DNA from: Octopus vulgaris
Lineage: Eukaryota
Assembly (NCBI GenBank): GCA_951406725.2
Contig: OX597819.1
Location: 77,748,001 to 77,812,000, forward strand
Length of the DNA: 64,000 nucleotides
Reading direction: 5' to 3'
The notes beneath the pieces are model-generated. The model was not told the DNA's origin and ran no database searches. It saw only the letters and a program-made list of their open reading frames with translations. This document shows, piece after piece, positions 59,240 to 64,000 of this stretch. The translations under genes were made by a program, and so were the position numbers. Within the stretch, counting starts at the first letter, position 1; each line of letters starts with the position of its first letter.

Positions 59240-59324
59240 ATAAAACGGTAAGATAACAAAAGAAAGAAAGAGACCTCAATATTATGTAAATAGAGGAAAT
59301 TTATCTTACCGAGTAATGTAACAT

Positions 59325-59359
<35 letters not shown>

Positions 59360-59506
59360 TGAAATAAAAAGATGAATAATCTTGTGCAGATTAATCAAAA
59401 GTTTAACCGATACCTTGGTAGCAAAAATCACAGCAGAAGACAGCACGGTTGGAGGTACAACCCTATGGTGTTGCAACCGTGCGTTGGTGCGGATAATTGA
59501 ATTTTA

Positions 59507-59648
59507 ATATTATTAGTGAATTGAAGAAATGGAGTTGAACGAAGATTGAACAGAAATCGTTTTATTGCATTCTACACCGAAACACGTGTAGAATGCAATA
59601 AAACGATTTCTGTTCAATCTTCGTTCAACTCCATTTCTTCAATTCACT

Positions 59649-59656
<8 letters not shown>
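59507..59656. repeat. Perfect inverted repeat with 71-bp arms and an 8-nt spacer
   Basis: 59507-59577 is the exact reverse complement of 59586-59656. Confidence 0.95.
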
Positions 59657-59679
<23 letters not shown>

Positions 59680-59715
59680 CACTCACACACATATATATGT
59701 ATGTATGTATGTTTG

Positions 59716-59746
<31 letters not shown>

Positions 59747-59989
59747 ATGCGTATATACAAACATACATACATACATACATACATACATGCATACATATAT
59801 ATGTGTGTGTGTATATATATGTATACACACACATATATCTATATATACATACACAATACACATTCATATAATGTATATATATACACATACATATAATATA
59901 TGTGTGTGTGTGTGTGTTTGTATATACATTTGTATATGTGTAGATTACTTACGCACACTCAAGATCCTGTCCCTTTACGATTTTTAAAA

Positions 59990-60545
59990 CGTGGAATGGC
60001 TTCAATTGTCAATGGAATCCGGTTTACAGACTGCCGCTTGCCGCTTGTAATATGATCCGGTATCTATACCCTTTTCCCCTGTTTCCATATTCCACTCTCT
60101 GATTTTATATTTTAAGCACTTTATATTCTATATTTTACACACACTTTCTTTCCATAACTCTATCGAGTCTTCTAGAAGATATTTTTTGTTACTGTATTTT
60201 TGTCGATTTAATCATTTTTTTTTACCACATTGGCGGTCTTATACTGATGTTAAAAAACATTTTTGTTTCTTATTTAAATCGTTGTCCAATTTATGTTGTC
60301 GATATTTGATATCTTGATTGTCTCCCTTTATACTTATCACTAATCTATTGCGTCTTTAATTGATCGTAGGAAAGTTAGAAGCACTTGATCATGGCGTCAG
60401 TTATAATTTTCTTCTTTAGTGACAATTTGTCACTATTTCTGTCAAATAACAATACAATAACATCTACAAAATGGACATTCCTTTTCAAATTTCCAGCTTT
60501 CCGTGTCTTAGATGCGGTTTTTGTAAATATCGACTATTGGGGAAT
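59990..60545 (-). pseudogene. Possible highly decayed RLE-type non-LTR retrotransposon fragment
   Basis: Reverse-complement translation shows Y.*RHDQVL and LEDSIELWKE...KY-like segments only. Confidence 0.3.
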
Positions 60546-60611
60546 TTTACAATTCTAGTAGTTTACATTATTTACATTTGACGGATATTTGTCCTCTTCT
60601 TGTTTGTTGAT

Positions 60612-60654
60612 AACACGTTTCGGCTGATATACCCTCCAGCCTTCATCAGGTGTC
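60612..60654 (-). ncRNA. Hammerhead motif lacking the cleavage triplet
   Basis: Reverse complement reads gacac-CTGATGA-a-ggctg...cagcc-GAAAC-gtgtt; the GTC present in the other arm is absent. Confidence 0.65.
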
Positions 60655-60718
60655 TTAGAGAAATTTTGAACCTGGGTTCTCATTCCTAAGGTATTTTTTG
60701 ATGTTGTTGTGGTTGTTG

Positions 60719-60792
<74 letters not shown>

Positions 60793-60923
60793 GTTGTTGT
60801 TGTTGTTATTATTGTTCAAGTCACTGCCTGGAATCGAACCCGGAATCTTGGGATTAGTAGCCGCGCTTTTAACCCCAAGATTCCAAGTTCGATTCCAGGC
60901 AGTGACCTGAATAATAATAATGA

Positions 60924-60984
<61 letters not shown>

Positions 60985-61035
60985 GCATCGAAAAATAACC
61001 CTAGGAATGAGAACCCAGCTTCGAAATTTCTCCAA

Positions 61036-61081
61036 GTCACCTGATGAAGGCTGAAGGGTATATTAGCCGAAACGTCGTGTT
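61036..61081 (+). ncRNA. Hammerhead ribozyme with intact core and GUC site
   Basis: gtcac-CTGATGA-a-ggctga-agggtata-ttagcc-GAAAC-GTC-gtgtt. Confidence 0.8.
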
Positions 61082-62212
61082 AACAACAAACAAGATGAGG
61101 ACAAATATCCGTCAAATGTAAATAATGTACATAATCCCTCATTTCTTAAATATAGAACTGTAGAATTCTAGTAGTGTCTTCAACAAAAATATGCGTCTAA
61201 GTTGTTTCAAGTGGAATCAGGGCTGCTTCAATAGAGCTTTTGGTCCCCACCCCAGCAAAGCAGTGTCCTGGGACCCCTATAAACAACTTCAATCTGTAGA
61301 GATTTGCATTGGGTTCTAAGACACGTTGTTTCCCACCCCACCCGGACAAGTACACGGAATGTTTATGCCTTAAGATGATACTGGGTGGAATTACTGTGTC
61401 TCAAAGGACCAGTTTCCTTTGGATTCCCTACTGAAACATTACCGTAAGTTTCATTTCTTCAGAGATGTTTTTTTTTTAACCGAACTCACCTGGTTTGACA
61501 ATAACATAATGGGTTTTTGTTGTGGTTTCGTATGTATTTAGGTTAGTTTGTGCCACATTTTTGAAAATATCGTCTGTAAATTGATTTCAGTCGTTGTCTA
61601 TTTTCAGGGCTTTCAACTCTTTTATTTATCGGCAGTTTGGGGGACTGAGAGAAGTTCTTATTGATATCATTGAAGAGAACAAGTATGTGAGAAGCTGAAT
61701 GTTTGCGAGCCGTACAGCTTTGAAATAAACTACTAAGATGATGAGATCAGAAGATCAAAAGACAACGTTTTGAAACACCAGTCTAAAAAGAAAACACTTC
61801 AGACGCGACTCACTTCTTGATTAACGCAAACCTTTTGATTTTTTTTCTTTTCAAAATGTCTGAAGTAGAAGTTCATTATTCTTTCTTTATATATTAATGT
61901 AATCGCTAGCTATAACATTTATTATACTAGGATGTTAGAGACTTTCTTTCACAAATGTATCAATTAATCATCATGGAATTTTCGTTGTTTCCTTTCCAAA
62001 CTCCACTGCTTTACTTTGCTAGCGAAAGCATTGTTCGCTCAGTAAATATATAGAAATTTTGACTTTAACAGTTGTTTACAATTTGTAATAGAATTCGTTT
62101 TATACAGCTCTGTCATTTGCCATTGACTCTTAATACGAAACCCATATATATTTGTGACACGAAAACGTTTCTTGGATTGCTATCCATGTTATATGTTTTA
62201 TTTATTTATATA

Positions 62213-62495
62213 GGCACAAGCATAGTTGTATAGTGAGAAGTTTGCTTCCAAACTACATGTGTGTGTGTGTGTGTGTGTGTGTATCTTTGCGTCTGCGTTT
62301 GTCCCACTATCACCGCCTGATAACCGGTGTCGGTGTGTTTACGCACCCGTAACTTAGCCGTTCGGCAAAAGTGACCGATAAAACAAGTACCATTCATTAA
62401 AAAAATACTGGGTTTGATACATTCGAATAAAATTCTTCAATGCGGTACCCCAGCATGGCCGCATTCTAATAACCGAAACAAGTAAAAGATAAAAG
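62213..62495 (+). mobile_element. SINE family A, internally deleted
   Basis: gtaacttagccgttcggcaaaa...cagcatggccgca...gaaacaagtaaaag. Confidence 0.75.
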
Positions 62496-62642
62496 CTAAA
62501 AGATAGTTTTGTCATGGACTTTTATTTCTTGGGAATAGTCCATGGTCTAGTCTTAGAATTTTCTTTCTAAAACATTTCCTTTGCACCCTACACACACACC
62601 ACCACCACCACTACCACCACCATCACCACACACACACACACA

Positions 62643-62684
<42 letters not shown>

Positions 62685-62984
62685 CACACACATACACCCA
62701 CACATGCGCACGCACAAACACTCAATATCCTCATTATTTGTTCCATAAGAGAGTGGGGAAAGTCAGGTTGATAAAATAGGAAACAGCAATCGAGATAAAC
62801 GCTGAAGTTCATACGCTGTCAATAGTATTGACTTCCACCTGTACAAAGGTACTTAACTCTGAAATGGCTAATTCCACTAAAATTAGGCATTACAGGGTGA
62901 AAACGCCATGTCAATGTAAACAGCGACAGAATTGTAAAAGCAACAAATAGTTTGTTATCTTTCTCCTTTCAATGTTGAGCTTAA

Positions 62985-63228
62985 ATCAAATTCCGCCGAG
63001 GTCGACTTTTGCCTTTCATCCTTTCGGGGTCGATACAACAAGTACCAGTTGAACACTGGGGTAAGTATAATCAACTTACCCTACTCCTCCGAAATTATTG
63101 GCCTTAAGTGAAAATTTGAAACCAATGTTGAGTTCAAATTAAGGCGACGAGCTGACAGAATCGTTAACACACTGGACAAAATGCTTAGTAGTATTTTGCC
63201 CGTCTTCACGTTCTAAGTCCGAATTCCG
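62985..63228 (+). mobile_element. SINE family B fragments (tandem)
   Basis: caaattccgccgaggtcgacttttgcctttcatcc and aaggcgacgagctgacagaatcgttaac. Confidence 0.8.
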
Positions 63229-63985
63229 TCAACCCTCACCACTGACGAGAAGATACAACAAGCTCGAGAGATAGTAATGGTGAAACAGTGAGTTATTATC
63301 GGTGAAGCAGCTCGTCCTCTGCAGATTAGTCATGGTTTTGCCTTTCAAATCATGGTTCTGCCCTTCAAAGAAAGTCTGTGCAATATGGGTGCCAAGAGAA
63401 CTTACTGCAGAGCACAACCGCAAACGTTTTGAGGTCTGCCAACGTTTACTCGACCGCTACAACAATGAGGGCGAGGAATTTTTGAGCAGAATATTCACAA
63501 GAGATGAAATATGGGTCCATTATTATGAGGCAGAATGCAAAAGACAGAGTATGGAGTGGAAACATTCTGGCTCGCCAGCGACGAAGAAATTCAAGAATCA
63601 GTTTTCTGCAGTAAAGGTGATGCTAACCCTATATTGGGACTCCTGGAAAAGGGGTGTACGATCAACAGTGCAAGATACAGTGCTTTGCTGGCCAACAAAC
63701 TGAAGCCAGCAATTTGCACCAAACACCAAAGCCTATTGTTAAAGAAAGTTTTGTTGTTGCATGACAATGCACGCCCACACACGGCTGCTCAGACCGTTGA
63801 AACCATTAACGAACTGGGTTTTGAGGTTCTGGAACACTCTGCCTACAACCGAGATCTCGCCCCTTCCGATTATCATGTCTTTGGACCTCTCAAAGATGGT
63901 TTACGAGGTCGTCGATTTCCTACAGATGAAGATGTGTAGGAAGCGGTGCATAAATGGTTGCACTGCCGACCGAAAACCTTCTTGA
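63229..63985 (+). pseudogene. Mariner transposase, decayed and 5'-truncated
   Basis: WVPREL, TRDEIWVHYY, KVMLTLYWD, LLHDNARPH and YNRDLAPSDYHVF (D,D34D) motifs, with a frameshift and a stop. Confidence 0.95.
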
Positions 63986-64000
63986 AGTGAATGTGCAAAC

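Larger units (their letters stand above)
60563..61163. mobile_element. Head-to-head tRNA-headed, hammerhead-bearing SINE-like element with 12-bp TSD
   Basis: TSD aattctagtagt at 60551-60562 and 61164-61175. Arms are 60563-60874 (-) and 60870-61163 (+). Each has a B box gttcgattcc, (AAT)n and an HHR. Confidence 0.85.

Noticed and set aside
60820-60874. tRNA gene
   Set aside because: 5'-truncated, with no acceptor stem or terminator; it is the head of a repeat.
63241-63275. ctgacgag hammerhead-like start
   Set aside because: Lies in the mariner coding frame (TDEKIQQAREIV) and does not fold.

Overview
AT-rich, microsatellite-saturated animal DNA with no recognisable host protein-coding exon. 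It is very probably an octopus intron or intergenic region, inferred from the SINE families and the (TA)n/(CATA)n/(GATA)n load. Nearly all ORFs in the track are microsatellite artefacts. The real content is mobile DNA: two abundant tRNA-type SINE families, three decayed mariner transposons, a Tc1-type MITE, and R4/Dong, RTE and CR1 LINE fragments. There is also a 5'-truncated Penelope-like element (RT + GIY-YIG) with an inverted pseudo-LTR, plus two Penelope remnants. The most striking signal is about a dozen hammerhead-ribozyme (HHR) motifs from roughly seven sequence families. Most lie in head-to-head inverted insertions, often inside (TA)n tracts. One is a ~600 bp TSD-flanked element (60563-61163) whose arms each read tRNA-like head + (AAT)n + body + HHR, a candidate Penelope-mobilised ribozyme SINE. 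Coordinates were read by eye and may be a few bases off. Ribozyme activity and family names are untested.
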